64,000 nt of DNA from Eledone cirrhosa (taxonomy: Eukaryota): NCBI GenBank assembly GCA_964016885.1, contig OZ024746.1:93248001-93312000 (forward strand), read 5' to 3'. The position numbers were made by a program, and so were the translations under genes. This document shows, piece after piece, positions 35,517 through 48,329 of the stretch (position 1 is its first letter; every line of letters begins with the position of its first letter). A model generated the notes under the pieces. That model searched no databases, was not told the origin of the DNA, and saw only the letters and a program-made list of their open reading frames with translations.

Positions 35517-36789
35517 GTATGTACAAGCATTTTAATTTATTTTTGTGTTGATGATTTTTACTATCTGTCTCTGTATTATTTACTTGAATCTTAGTAATTG
35601 GTTTCTATTTTCTGACATTTGATTTATTTACGTACATCGTGTCTACTTCGGAGAGGTCATATAGGTGTCATTCACTCGTAACACTTCGTTTTTGTTTATA
35701 ATGTTTAATGACTCAATTCCAGTAGTACTGTAGCTTTACACATCAAAACTTATCATTTTTGTATATTGATTCCTTTTTTAATTCATGCTTTATTTTTTTT
35801 TACGTTAACAAGTGACGAATTAAAACAATTCTTTTGTCCAAAGTGGTCAAAATACTCGAGCCAGCGAGAGAATCTACGTAGTCGCTCGACCTGCTAGAAA
35901 TAGCAATGAAATGTTCCTCAAACCGTCTTAAATAAGAAAAGGTAGAGTTAATCCATCACCTGGTTGAAGACCATTACCCCTTCCTTAAGTGCCTATAATG
36001 TAGTCCGCTGTGTTGCAGGCATTTGGATCAAGTTCGATTTGATAATAACTTCTTCACAGCAATCTCGGGGTTTCTGATAAGGATCATGCTCGCTGCCCTT
36101 TCTCCTTAGACGAAGCCATATAAAAAGTCAAGAAAAATAAATCGTGTGTATGTTTGTTATGTAAGTGTGTTTCATGTGTGTGTTTTATCTTGTGTAGGTG
36201 TTGGTTGGTCTCGCGTTGTAAATGTGTTTCATAATGTGTAATTGTGTTTCACATAGTGTATGGTAAAAATTGGTGATACTTGTTCCTCTGAACTTTTTAC
36301 ATTCTCCCTCCCCAAATATATCATTTGTTTCCTCATGGCAAAATAGGTAGGCCGTCGGACAATATGCTTGGCAGAATAGAGTTACGCCCCTTTATGTTCT
36401 GTGTTCAAATCCCGCCGAAGTTAACTTTACCTTTCATCCTTACGAGGTCGATAAAGTAAAGTACCAGTAACGCACTGGAGTCGATTTATTCCAAAAATTG
36501 TTGGACTTGTGCCTAAATCAGAAATTATTATTTCGACGTTTGCGCAGATTACAAATTATTTTACCGTGATTCTTTTGTTTACTTATATAGTAGCTAACAC
36601 ATTTGCAATATATATTTATAATTATTTAAATGTGTTACGTTATTGTATCTACATGTTAATATATAGACTTTCATTGTAAAATAAACGGGTTCAATCTCTC
36701 TTTATTATTTCCTGTCTTCTGTGAAGAGGTGTAAACCGCTCTGTGACTACATGGAAACATAAACATCACAAATATACTGGCTGCTTGCC

Positions 36790-37060
36790 TAACCGAGGTA
36801 ACTAGTGATGCTCGTGAGGGCGCTTGACTGTTCCAGCGCACCAGCCTCGCCATCACCCGAGGTAACGCTGCGAACTTGCTGGCTTGCCTAAAAAATTATT
36901 AGAGAGGTTTCCCAGTGCTACTCGCGATATCGTTATCTTTTGCTCTGGCAGCGGTTCGTTTGTCCACCCCTTTCACCTGCTTTTGTTGTATGTGGTCCTA
37001 GATGTGTGTATTACCTGCTTATCTGTGTTTTTTTTCTTTCTTTTTTTCTCTCTCTATCTA
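36790..37060 (+). mobile_element. CRE-clade non-LTR 3' fragment (second copy)
   Basis: EVTSDAREGA*LFQRTSLAITRGNAANLLAC followed by a T-rich 3' UTR; homologous to 19190-19390. Confidence 0.7.
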
Positions 37061-37119
37061 TTTGTTATACTATGTTGACGGTTATACCTTAATAAATTCA
37101 TTAACATTATTTGTTGCAG

Positions 37120-37151
37120 GAGCCCCTGCCGTGGATCCAGAAGGGAATGAA
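37120..37151 (+). CDS. TIMM50: TIMM50 exon 2 (32-nt micro-exon)
   Basis: ttgttgcag| acceptor, GAA|gtaagt donor; (G)APAVDPEGNE, like the Tim50 post-TM segment; phase 1/0. Confidence 0.88.
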
Positions 37152-37380
37152 GTAAGTTTGTATTTGATAAGCTATTGTATCATGGTAAAGTCAAGATAGT
37201 TATTTACACACTCACGCACCTGTTCAGAGCTGTCAATAGGCTCAGATCAGAGGTGAAATGTAGGCACCATTTCAAGCAGCTTATTAAGCACTTTAGTTAT
37301 CTGCTAAATACATATGATTTATGTTAGGCCCTCCCCAAATTTGTAGGCGTACCTATTTCAACTGTCCCGGCTAACCTGCG

Positions 37381-37388
<8 letters not shown>

Positions 37389-37478
<90 letters not shown>
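37389..37478. repeat. (CA)n microsatellite preceded by (CG)n
   Basis: Directly visible. Confidence 0.97.
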
Positions 37479-37479
<1 letters not shown>

Positions 37480-37918
37480 TGTTATGTTGGGACAATAAAT
37501 GTTCTGGCAGCTTGCTAATGAAATTAGCATGTAAGTGACTGAGCATTCCACAGACACGTGTACCCGTAACAAACTTTTCAAGGAAATTCACGACACAGTG
37601 TGTGCCAAGGCTGGCTCTTTGAATTACAGTTACAGTCCGTCTGATGGGCTTCCAAACAACATGGGTTAACCTGAGGCTGTGGTAAATATATGCCCAAGAT
37701 GTTGCACAGTTGAATCGAACCTTGAACCTGATTGTGACTTAATAGTATTGTTAACTAAATACTTGACTATAAAATGTATGAAATCTTAACTATAAGATGT
37801 TAAACCAAAACATTAACATGTATCCCTCCTCCCCGGTTACTTGCCTGATTTATATGCACCTTTTTTTTAATAATTTCAACAAAAAAACAATTATATTTTA
37901 TTTATTTTCTATTTCCAG

Positions 37919-37940
37919 TTCAAAGATGAATTTTCTGATT
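37919..37940 (+). CDS. TIMM50: TIMM50 exon 3 (22-nt micro-exon)
   Basis: ttttctatttccag| acceptor, T|gtaagt donor; FKDEFSD, like Tim50 IPDEFD; phase 0/1. Confidence 0.85.
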
Positions 37941-39854
37941 GTAAGTTGATAATTTTATATTCTTCCTTGTCTAAACTATATCTAATTGCCTCTCTTTACC
38001 GACTGCCAAACGGTAGGAGATAGATTAAAACTTATTCACTAGAGAAGTAAACCTCAATGACAAAATTAATAATCCCACTATGGTTTGGTAGCATGGTGGA
38101 TATGTGATATCAGCAGCAGTGTTAAATCAATGGTGATTCATACTAGATGCTGGATTGAAGAACATTATTCCAATGACCAGGATCAAAAGATTTTCTTAAC
38201 CCTTTCATGGTCAAATTTCTGATGAAATGCACTCTATTTTAATTAATTAATGAACATTTTTTTAGGGATTTACTTAAATAATTATTTCATTACTGAGACA
38301 GTAACTAAATGTAAGGTTATTATATAAAATTATGTTGGAAGATTTTAATTCAAATTAAAAACCTTTGAAATGAGTGGTTTTATTTCATAGAACCAGAGCT
38401 GGTTTTGGCTGGGTTGGTAACTAAAGGGTTAAATGAAAAACTGCAGCATATATTGACGAGTAGCGCTGAATGCATGTATCAATATGCAACTGATCCATGA
38501 TGATAGACTGTTAACTGAAAGAGGAACAGTTTAGAAATGAGAAATGTTTAGTGTCATTATTAATTTTAACATGTCAATAATGTATTTCAAAATTAATTGA
38601 AACCTTCTTTTTCTTCTTTGCCTACTTATTCCTGAGAGGGTTGTGGGGGCAGAGTACTCAAGCATGTCTTCCAGCAGGTCCTGTCAGAAGCAATCGTCTC
38701 CAATTGATCCAGCTGGATCACCAAGTGAGACCAGCCGAGCTTATGCTTGTTATCCAATCATCTTGCTCAGGGTCTAACTCTGGGTTTCTTTCTCGTTGGT
38801 TTTGCCCATAAAATCTGTCCAGCAATTCTTTCTCCGAGACATTCTAACCACATGTCCGTAATATTAAAGCAGTAATCTCTCAATTGAAATCCATAGACTG
38901 TAAATGTGTTGAGTGACTGGAGGCTACAGCGTTGGTGATCAATTGGAAACAATATAGGGTTTAAGAGGACCCTTCAGACAGGACGAGCATATAACAACCT
39001 CTGTAAAGATGGTGCTATGATAAAATGCACACAGTAAAATCTGTTTTCCACACTAGATGGGTTGGATGTTTTGTCACTGTCCGACACTAAATGTTTTCTC
39101 ATATATTCCATATTTGGTATGGTTTTTATGGCTAGATGCACTTCCTAATGCCAACCACCTTACAGCATGTACTGGGTGTATGGCACCAACACTAACATGT
39201 TACAGGGTATACTATGTGTATTTTATCATGGCTCGAGCACTATTACTTGACAGGGTGTACTAGGTGCATTTTCTTGTGACACCAGCACAAAAAAAATTCA
39301 TATTTCTGTGATACCCTTCAACAATACAAAGCTAGTCTGCTAGAGAGTGGGCCACAGTGGCTGATAGCGATATGGCTACTAGATATGATAGTTGCGATAT
39401 AAGCAAGTAGCTGATGGACGAATAAGCAACCCCAGACCAACAGTGGTCAACTACTAGGGGAGATGAAGCAATGGGTGACACCTGTAACTCCCAAGAAAAC
39501 TCGCACATGTGATGTAACTATGACGAAGTGAGTAAAGGCCACATCTAAAAAAAAAGCCTAGTCTTTGTGGGTTTCAGAAAGTAGAAGATAGGTGACTGGC
39601 ATGGATAAGACCACCAAAACTACAATATAGTGAGAGGGCAATGAAACAGAACCATAAAACATTGTCTTAGGTGTATTTTATTGTGACACCAACACAAGGG
39701 AATCTTATATTTCTGTGATAACCTTCCACAATATTAAGGGGTTGGTAGACAATATGATTAAAAGAGGCTGCTATTAAAATATTAAATGTAAACAATTTGT
39801 AGGTTATGTTGGCCTGATACAGAATAAGAATATACTTTATATATTCCCTTTTTG

Positions 39855-40885
39855 TTGTGTGTGTGTTTTTATCTTCTCTCTTTGTATGTGTATGTGTGTG
39901 TATTCCGTGCACTCATGTATGTGTGCAGCTATCTTTCCTGTTGTATGTGTGCAGCTATCTTTCCTGTTGTATGTGTGTGTCAGTCTTTCCTGTTGTGTAT
40001 GTATGCCTGTCTGTCACTCTCTCCTGTATTGTGTGTGTATGTCACTCTCTCCTGTGTGTGTGTGTATGTCTCTCCTGTGTGTGTATGTATGTCACCCTCT
40101 CCTGTATTGTGTGTATGTCACTCTCTCCTGTGTGTGTGTGTATGTCTCCTGTGTGTGTGTGTGTGTATGTCACTCTTTCCTGTGTGTGTGTGTGTATGTC
40201 ACCCTCTCCTGTATTGTGTGTATGTGTGTCACTCTCCTGTAGTATGTGTGTGTGTGTATGTCACTCTTTCCTCTGTGTGTGTGTGTATGTCATCCTCTTC
40301 TGTATTGTGTGTGTGTGTATGTATGTCACTCCTGTGTGTATGTATGTCACTCTCCTGTTGTGTGTGTATGTCACTCTCTCCTGTTGTGTGTGTGTGTATG
40401 TCACTCTCTCCTGTGTGTGTGTGTATGTCACTCTTTCCTGTGTGTGTGTGTGTATGTCACCCTCTCCTGTATTGTGTGTATGTATGTCACTCTCCTGTAG
40501 TGTGTGTGTGTGTGTGTATGTCTCTCCTCTGTGTGTGTGTGTGTGTGTATGTCATCCTCTTCTGTATTGTGTGTGTGTATGTATGTCACTCCTGTGTGTA
40601 TGTATGTCACTCTCCTGTTGTGTGTGTATGTCACACTCTCCTGTTGTGCGTATGTCACTCTCCTGTGTGTGTGTATGTATGTCACTCTCTCCTGTGTGTG
40701 TGTGTGTCACTCTCTTGTGTGTGTATGTCACTCTCTCCTGTAGTGTGTGTGTGTGTGTCACCCTCTCCTGTATGTGTGTCACCCTCTCCTGTAGTGTGTA
40801 TGTATGTGTGTCACCCTCTCCTGTATGTGTGTCACCCTCTCCTGTGTGTGTGTATGTGTGTCACCCTCTCCTGTATGTGTGTATC
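39855..40885. repeat. Compound satellite: atgtcactctctcctg plus variable (TG)n
   Basis: Dozens of units; explains the long Cys/Val-rich pseudo-ORFs. Confidence 0.95.
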
Positions 40886-42589
40886 CTATTGTTTGCTTCT
40901 TGTCACACACACCTGCACCTCTACATCATTATATAAAGAGTTACACATTCCCAATTTTATTTGGTTTTAAAATACTGAGCAGCAACATTTTTATAAAGTA
41001 TTTTCATTCCTTTTTATACTTCCTATGATTTCATTAATAACCAAATAAGAATGTATTTAACCCTTTCATTACCCTATTTCTAATGAAAGGTCCTGCCTAT
41101 GATTTTGAAAATAATCAAGAATCTGGCAGGATTTGGCAATATATCTTTCTCATTATTAACCCTTTAGCATATAAACCAGCCGTATCCGGCCAGAATTCTG
41201 TCACCTCTTTCTGTTCAAACTGGCTATAACTGGTCGCTCATACTTAAAATAAATAATATCAAAATCTTGTAGATTTGATATTATGTGAAATAAAGTGTTT
41301 ACTGTGAAAATACTATAGTATATATATATAGAGTAATGTAATTGCTAAAGGGTTAAACTGGTGTTTGGAACATAAATTAACAAAGGATCTTACATAAAGT
41401 TATGATGGAAGGTTTTAAATAAATATAAACAATTTAAAATAAACAGCTTTGTATTGTAGAACCAGGGGTGGTTTTGTATCAAATGGTTTAAAAGATGCAA
41501 GCTTGTTTCTGCTTCTACATATTTATATTTAAGTCATAACAACCATATTAATTTTGTATGACAATGTTATCAGTTGTTCTGTGACATTGATCACCAAGGG
41601 AGGATTTAATATTTTTGGATTAATTATTAATTCTGTCTGTTCTGTGCCTGATAGTTGTCAATAAATATAGCTTCTTAAGTGATTATGTAGAAAAATCACT
41701 CTGTGAGGGATCCTCTATATGATATCTCAACCTACATGAAATAGCAGTTTAATCTCATTCAAATCACACAAGATTTTATATTATTTTTTGGCATTTCTTA
41801 ATGCTTTTGTGGCTATATGAGTAGATTACCTCTCTCTCTATTAATTTTCAATATAAAGACTTTGTAGGGAGTTGGTAAAATATCTGTAACTTTATTCAAC
41901 CTGACTGTGCATGAAGATACAAATAGGAGAGGTGACGGTATGCACCCTTGGCAGAGTCTGACACCCACATTGAATGGTTTCAACTTAGCACTATCTATCC
42001 AAATACAAATACTAGGACATTTGTAGAGAGCTCATTGTCCATCAATTCCATACACCTGCAGAACCATCCACAACAGGTACTGTGGAACATGGTCATTTAC
42101 CTTTTTAAGGTTTACAAAACAAGCAAACGAGTGTACACCTTTTGACAATATTGCCACGATTTTCCAGAGATCCAGGCCACCTGATACACACGAGTCAACC
42201 AGAGAATACCATCTCTATTTAAGGTTTTTAACATCTCTGGCTGAATTGCATCCGCCCCAGTGGTCCTGTTGCATTTGAGCTCTTTAATTGCTCTTGTGAG
42301 AGGTTAGTTATCGCTCCCAGATGTATCTCATGTGCATCAGAAGAAGTTCATGCGACTGAGTTTAGGAGATCAGCAAAGTATTCTCTGCACCTCTCTGAAA
42401 GGAGAACCCCAGGCACATTCCTACCAATGAGATTGATTTTTATAACACATTCTGACATCCAAGGGCTTGTAAATATCCCTACCCTCACCTGTGCACCACA
42501 GCTGAAAAGTGGAGTTTCCATCATCCATCCAAATTTACAGTGCCAAAATTACATCCAAATTTACAGTGGTATTGAGACTGGTGGGTGTA

Positions 42590-43355
42590 GGTTCACTTGG
42601 TTGGAATTTGCAGACGACATGGTGTTACTTAAGTCATAGAAGGTGATCTCAGACATGCACTTGATAGGTTTGATGCCAAGTGCTGCACTTCAGGAATGAA
42701 AATCAGTGCTGCGAAAACTGGGACACTTGTACTCTCAAGGAAGCCTGTGCAGTGCACTCTATATGTGAGTAGAGTTCCTCTGAAGCAGGTAGAGAAGTTC
42801 AAGTATCTCGGGGCCGTGTTTACAAGTAATGGAATGCAGGAGCTGATGCAGTAATGCACTAGCTTCAGTAATCAGAAGGGAAGTAGGTGTAAAAGATAGT
42901 TTTGCTATCTTCAGTTCAGTATTCGTGCCATCTCTAGCTTGTGGTCATGAATCTTGGGAAATGAATGAAAGAATACAATCGCGAATACAAATGGAGTTTC
43001 TCTGAAGGGTGTTTGGAGTAACATTACTTGATAAAGTGCGTAGCTCGGAGATCAGAGAGTCACTCTAGGTAGAGCTGCTACTTCTCCGAATTGAGAGATC
43101 ACAGCTCTGATACTTTGAGCATGTGGTTAGAATGTCTCAGGAAAGAATTGTTGGACAGATTTTACGAGCTAAATCAACTGGCAAGAGACCCAGGGGTAGA
43201 TCCTGAGGAAGATGGTTAGATAACATCCATGAGGTTGGCTGGTCTAGCTTGGGGACCAAGCTGGATCAGTTGGTGACGGATTCTTCTGACAGGACCCCAT
43301 AGGAGTGTTTGAGGACTCAACCCCTACAACCCTTCCTGGAATAAGTGAGCAAAGA
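42590..43355 (+). mobile_element. RTE LINE 3' fragment
   Basis: LEFADDMVLL, VEKFKYLGAVF and GKRPRGR motifs; an opposite-strand upstream piece of the RT lies at about 42000-42460. Confidence 0.88.
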
Positions 43356-44579
43356 AGATCTGTAACATTTTACTGCTGATTTCTACCCTGGCATGGTTGG
43401 ACCTGTTGTTATGGTCCAAGACCAGACAAATCAGATTGACCCACCTTGCTTATATGTTCCATATTTGACATAATTCTATGGCTGGATGCCATTCCTAATG
43501 CGAATCACTGTACTGGGTGCACTTTTCCTTGGTATCAACACTAACAGTTTACAGGATGTACTGGGTATATTTTCTCATGACACTAATACGAGAAAGGTTG
43601 TTATCATGTTCAAGACTGAAATGTCCTCTCAAAGCTTATCTTGTCTTCATTTGATAACCTATTCTGTGGTCTCTTGTTACTCATAATCATCATTTTACAT
43701 TTGCTGTTCCATGCTATCATGGGTTAGATGGGTCTTTTTTAGCACAGTATCTCTCCACATGTCATGTTCGTTTCTCATCTCCTCTGTGATCTTCAGCAAT
43801 TTGAGATTAGCTCTCACCACCTCTTCCTTGGTCTTCCCGTACTGTGGCTTCATGGCAGTGATCAGTCATGTGCATCACATGTCCCAACCAGCACAACCTT
43901 CACTACATTTACTTTTTGTGTTGCAGTGCTTGTACAGGTGGGCAGGTCTTTTGTATTATCCAATTGTGTCATGGGCATGATAACCTCCCTAGTGTTGGTG
44001 ATTTACATGATAAATGCACCCAGTACTGATAGGAAAGGCATCTAGCTGTAGAAATCTTGCCAAACAAAGGGTTGGAAGGACCCTCAGTTGTGTCAAAGGC
44101 ATTACAACCTCACCTGAACATTCAATGGAATGTGTGACCATATGTAAGCGAGACACAGATCCCTGGCTTACTTGGGAGATCAGTGTTTCCGCTTCAGTAC
44201 AGACTTGGTCTATATTGACCTGGCCAACTCTTGCTAGCAGGGAAAGTGGATGTTAAAAAAACAATGATGATGATGATATGTATTATGCTGGTTGTGCTCT
44301 ACAAAATTTCAATATATCATTTATGTTATAATGAGGTTATTAGTTTAAATTTGAACACTTTACAACAGGTGTTGTCAGGTAATTTGCTATTCAAACAATT
44401 GTTTGAATTTGTGGCTTGCCCTAGCAAATGTTTGCTTTATGCCAATCACGTTTATATCTGATTATTGAAGTTTAGTCTTGTTTTGTTTTTGCTTTACATT
44501 TTTATATAATCATTTCTCTGTGTCACCGCTAGAATAAAAGGATGGCAAAGGTCATCTAAAACCCATAGTGGTCGCAAAT

Positions 44580-44962
44580 ACAAGTGGCTGAAATGGGATT
44601 CTGTCGAAGAGTCTTTAGGGTAATGTTACTTAATAGAGTGGATAGCTTAGAGATCAGAGAGTCACTCCAGGTAGAGCTGCTACTTCTCCGAATTGGGAGG
44701 TCACAATTCCGATACTATGGGCATGTGGTTAGAATGTTTCAGAAAAAAATCGCTGGACAGATTTTACAGGCAAAATTAACTGGCAGAAGACCCAGGGGTA
44801 GACACCAAGCAAGATGGTTGGATAACATCCATGAGCTTGGCTGGTGTTGCTTGGGAATCCAGCTGGATCAGTTGGAGATGGTTGCTTCTGACAGGACCCA
44901 CTGGAAGGAGTGTTTGAAGACCCTGCCCCTCACGACCTTCCCAGGAATAATTGGGTAAAGAA
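44580..44962 (+). mobile_element. RTE LINE 3' fragment abutting TIMM50 exon 4
   Basis: AEMGFCRRVF...RYYGHVVRM...GRRPRGR...DRTHW. Confidence 0.88.
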
Positions 44963-45018
44963 GGTTTGTCCAAGTATATCTAAAAAGAGCAATAATTGTT
45001 ATGTAATGTATTTTTCAG

Positions 45019-45077
45019 TATGGTTTGTCCAAGCATATCTAAAAAGAGCAATGAAAGAATTCCATCAATACAAACAG
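45019..45077 (+). CDS. TIMM50: TIMM50 exon 4 (GC donor)
   Basis: tttttcag| acceptor; 59 nt, (L)WFVQAYLKRAMKEFHQYKQ; donor CAG|gcaagt gives the phase 0 that exon 5 requires. Confidence 0.85.
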
Positions 45078-45952
45078 GCAAGTACAACTGTTTAGAGTTT
45101 ATTGCAGAAATTACACATGAATGACTCATTAAGTTGATAGTTTTTCTTCCCCTTCTTTCTTGTACTACACACTGTCTGTAGTTGAAATGTGACTGTTAAT
45201 TGTTGCTGACTTATTACATCCAGCTATAAGCAGGCACCATTGTTTCATCTCAACACTGTAAGGAGTGTGTGTATTAAACATTTGTTGTTGTTTGAGTCAG
45301 ACAAATCTATAACATTACACCCAGTTCACTCTGTAAAGAGGTAGTGCTTGTGTAACTGTAAAATGTACCCAATATGCATTGTAAAGTAGTAGTGCTGGTA
45401 CACCAATAAAAGGCACCCTGTATACTCTATAAGGTGGTAGTACTGGTGCCAATATAAAAGGCATCACGTACACTCTGTAAGGAGGTAGTGCTCACATCAT
45501 GGTAAAGTACACTCAGTAAAGTGGTTGGTGTTAGAAAACCTGTCAAACAAGGACCCGTTAACTGTGTTAAAACCTTACAACCTCTATAGTGCTAGTGACA
45601 TGATAAATTACACTCAGTACAACACACCTGTATGTATGCGAGATGCAGGCCCCTAGTCTGACTTGGAGGTCAGTAATACCGCTTGAGTATTAAATTGGTC
45701 ATCTGAGAAGATCTGTCCAACCCTTGTTAGCAGGGATAATGGATGTTAAATGATAATGATCATGGAAGGGTTAAAATAGAAAATCAATTTCCATAAAAAA
45801 AATTACTGAAACTGAAGCGAAAACCAAACTAAACAGTGAGTGTGTTTTACTATTTTTTGGCAATATTAGGACATGACCCTCTGCAAATATAAAAATTTTC
45901 CTTAACATTTATAATAATTATTTTCATGTTCGTTTATTGTATTTTTATTCAG

Positions 45953-46072
45953 ATGCTGAAAGACCCTTCTCGAGAAAAGTTACTGCCTGACCCTTTGCAA
46001 TACCCCTATGCTCAGCCTCCTTACACTTTAGTCATAGAAATGACTGGTGTCCTTGTACATCCTGATTGGACA
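45953..46072 (+). CDS. TIMM50: TIMM50 exon 5
   Basis: [40 protein letters not shown] is the Tim50 signature at the start of the FCP1-like domain; ag/gt boundaries, 120 nt. Confidence 0.96.
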
Positions 46073-46509
46073 GTAAGTATTCTTTTTTTGTATTATGCAT
46101 TCATTGCTGTAGATAGCAAATTTTTATAGTCATTAGGGCATCCGATAGAATACCTTGTATTTGTTCTGACTCTCTGTTTTCTGAGTTTAAATCTTGTCAA
46201 GGTTAAATTTTGCCTTTCATCATTTAGGGGCTGATAAACTGATACTGTATCAGTTTATGGCAGTGGATTAGTGTAATTGTTTAGTTGTTGAGTGAAGTGC
46301 TTTGAGCATCTTTTCTAGCGCTTCACACTCTGGGTTCAAATTCCGCTTAGGGATAATTGTAAAACTCTGCCTCCATCACCCAGTTTGAGTGTTTAAAATT
46401 AAAATGTCTTTAACCAAGAGTTTTATCACACCAGAGCTTATCTTGATTACACCAGAGCATTAGTTTGATGGCTACTTGCTAGATAATTCTATCTAAAGAA
46501 CTTAATTTC

Positions 46510-47040
46510 ATCATTATCATTGTTGTTTTTACGTCCACTTTTCTACGCATGCATGGGTTGGATGTGTCCTTCTTAGCACGGCATCTCCCCACACATCACA
46601 ATCCTTTATCATCACCTCTTTGAGTCTCAGTGATTTGAAGTCAGCTCTCACAACCTCTGCCCAGGTCTTTCTTGGTCTACTTCTACTGCGACTTCCACTG
46701 GGATTTCCTGGCATTCACCCAATGATCATTGTCCATGGGCATCACATGTCCAAACCAATGCAGTCTTCTCTCCTGCACACTACCTCAAATTCCTCTTAAA
46801 CCCAGCTTCTTTAACTCGTCCACGCTCTGCCATTCTCTCGCACTTACGTTGCACATCCAACGGAACATGGTTGCTTCATTTCTCTCCAGTTTACGCATGT
46901 CCTCCGCAGTCACAGCCCATGTTTTACTACCATGCAGCATTGCACTTTGAACACAGGCATCATAGACATCCTTTCGTATGTAGGGAGAAACCTTTTGTCG
47001 TCAACAATGGGAGTGGCTCTCTGAGCTTTTTCCATTCTAG
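46510..47040 (-). mobile_element. RTE LINE 3' end with (GAT)n tail
   Basis: RPRKTWAEVVRAD; homologous to 55645-56015. Confidence 0.88.
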
Positions 47041-47504
47041 CTATTTTGATCTCAGCGCACCCCTCTATGTTGCCTACTTTGGTAGAGCTGTTCTACTAGA
47101 GAGCAGGTCACAGATGGTGGATAGTGATAAGGCCACCAGCTATGTTGGCTAGTGCGATGTTAGCTGGCAATTGCTGAATGAATAAGCAACCCCGGACTAA
47201 TAGGGGAGATTGAGTAATGGCTGACACCTATAGCTCCCAAGAAAACTCCCATATATTTGGTCAATAATTATTTTAATGTGAAATCTTTTATTTGCCTTAC
47301 AAGAGTTTTAAGGTCATTTTCCCTGTCAATGCAGGGTTTAACCTTGTGGTCCCTATGATAAACTTCATATTTATCATCTGGTCATTCTGGAGGCAATGTT
47401 TTACAGCTGGTTGTCATTTCTGCCACCAACTCTATTAGTAACCTCTTACAACACATAGGAATACAGTGTACCTATTTTAAACTGGATACACACATATAAT
47501 GAAT

Positions 47505-47730
47505 AATAATAATAATAATGGAAATTGTGTACAGTGCTCAGGTGCACTACAACTCATCAAAGGTGCATGTATTGTACAAATGTCAGGAAAGTGAACAATG
47601 TATGAGTCATGATATACATACACACGTATGTGTAGGGTTGGTGAATTTCGGGAAGCATGGAACCTTTTAAGGATGCAGTGTCCTGACAGCTAATAACTGA
47701 TGCAGGTAGTTTGCTCCATACTTCAATCAC
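47505..47730 (-). mobile_element. CR1/L2-like LINE 3' end
   Basis: VIEVWSKLPASVIS...3' UTR gagttgtagtgcacctgagcactgtacacaat plus (TTA)n; shorter copy at about 2600-2718. Confidence 0.7.
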
Positions 47731-48329
47731 CATCATCATTTAAATCCATTTTTCTGTGCTTGTATGTGTTGGATAGGTCTTTTTCCAGCATAGCTTGCTT
47801 CCACTTGTTGCATTCCTTTATCATCTCTGTGAGATTTAGTAATTTGAGATCAGAACTCACCATCCCTGCCCAAGTCTTCCTTCGTCATCCTCTACTGCAG
47901 CTTCTTTCCACTGGGATTTTATAACACTTCATCACCCAATGATTATCATCCATATACCTCACATGTCCATACCAGTGCAGTTTTCACTCTTGTACATTAT
48001 ACCTGATTCCTTTTTTACTCTGTTTTTCTTTCTGTTCATCCAGAGTTTCCCCAAATCTTTGTTAATTAAATACGATTATTTAATATCATCATCATCACCG
48101 TTTAACGTCCATTTTCCACCCTAGCATGGGTAAGATGAGTTGCCCTGTTGTGAGACAAGCCAGGTCTGATGACCATGCCTTGCTTATACACAACTGTTTT
48201 CGGCTTGGTTTCTATGGCTGGACGCCCTTCCTAACACCAACCTCATTCACATTGAGTGCTGGGTGCTTTTTGTTGTGACATCTACACAACAACTTTACAA
48301 TGTGTGCTGGGTGCTTTTTTGTTGTGACA

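Noticed and set aside
39330-39530. Possible hammerhead ribozyme (ctgatgg...gaata) in a repeat also at about 47050-47250
   Set aside because: Lacks the CUGANGA/GAAA core and supporting stems.
39852-40970. 372-aa and 359-aa Cys/Val-rich ORFs
   Set aside because: (TG)n compound satellite open in several frames; intronic to TIMM50.
46030-46065. FCP1-like domain lacking the DxDxT catalytic motif (EMTGV)
   Set aside because: Normal for animal Tim50; not novel.
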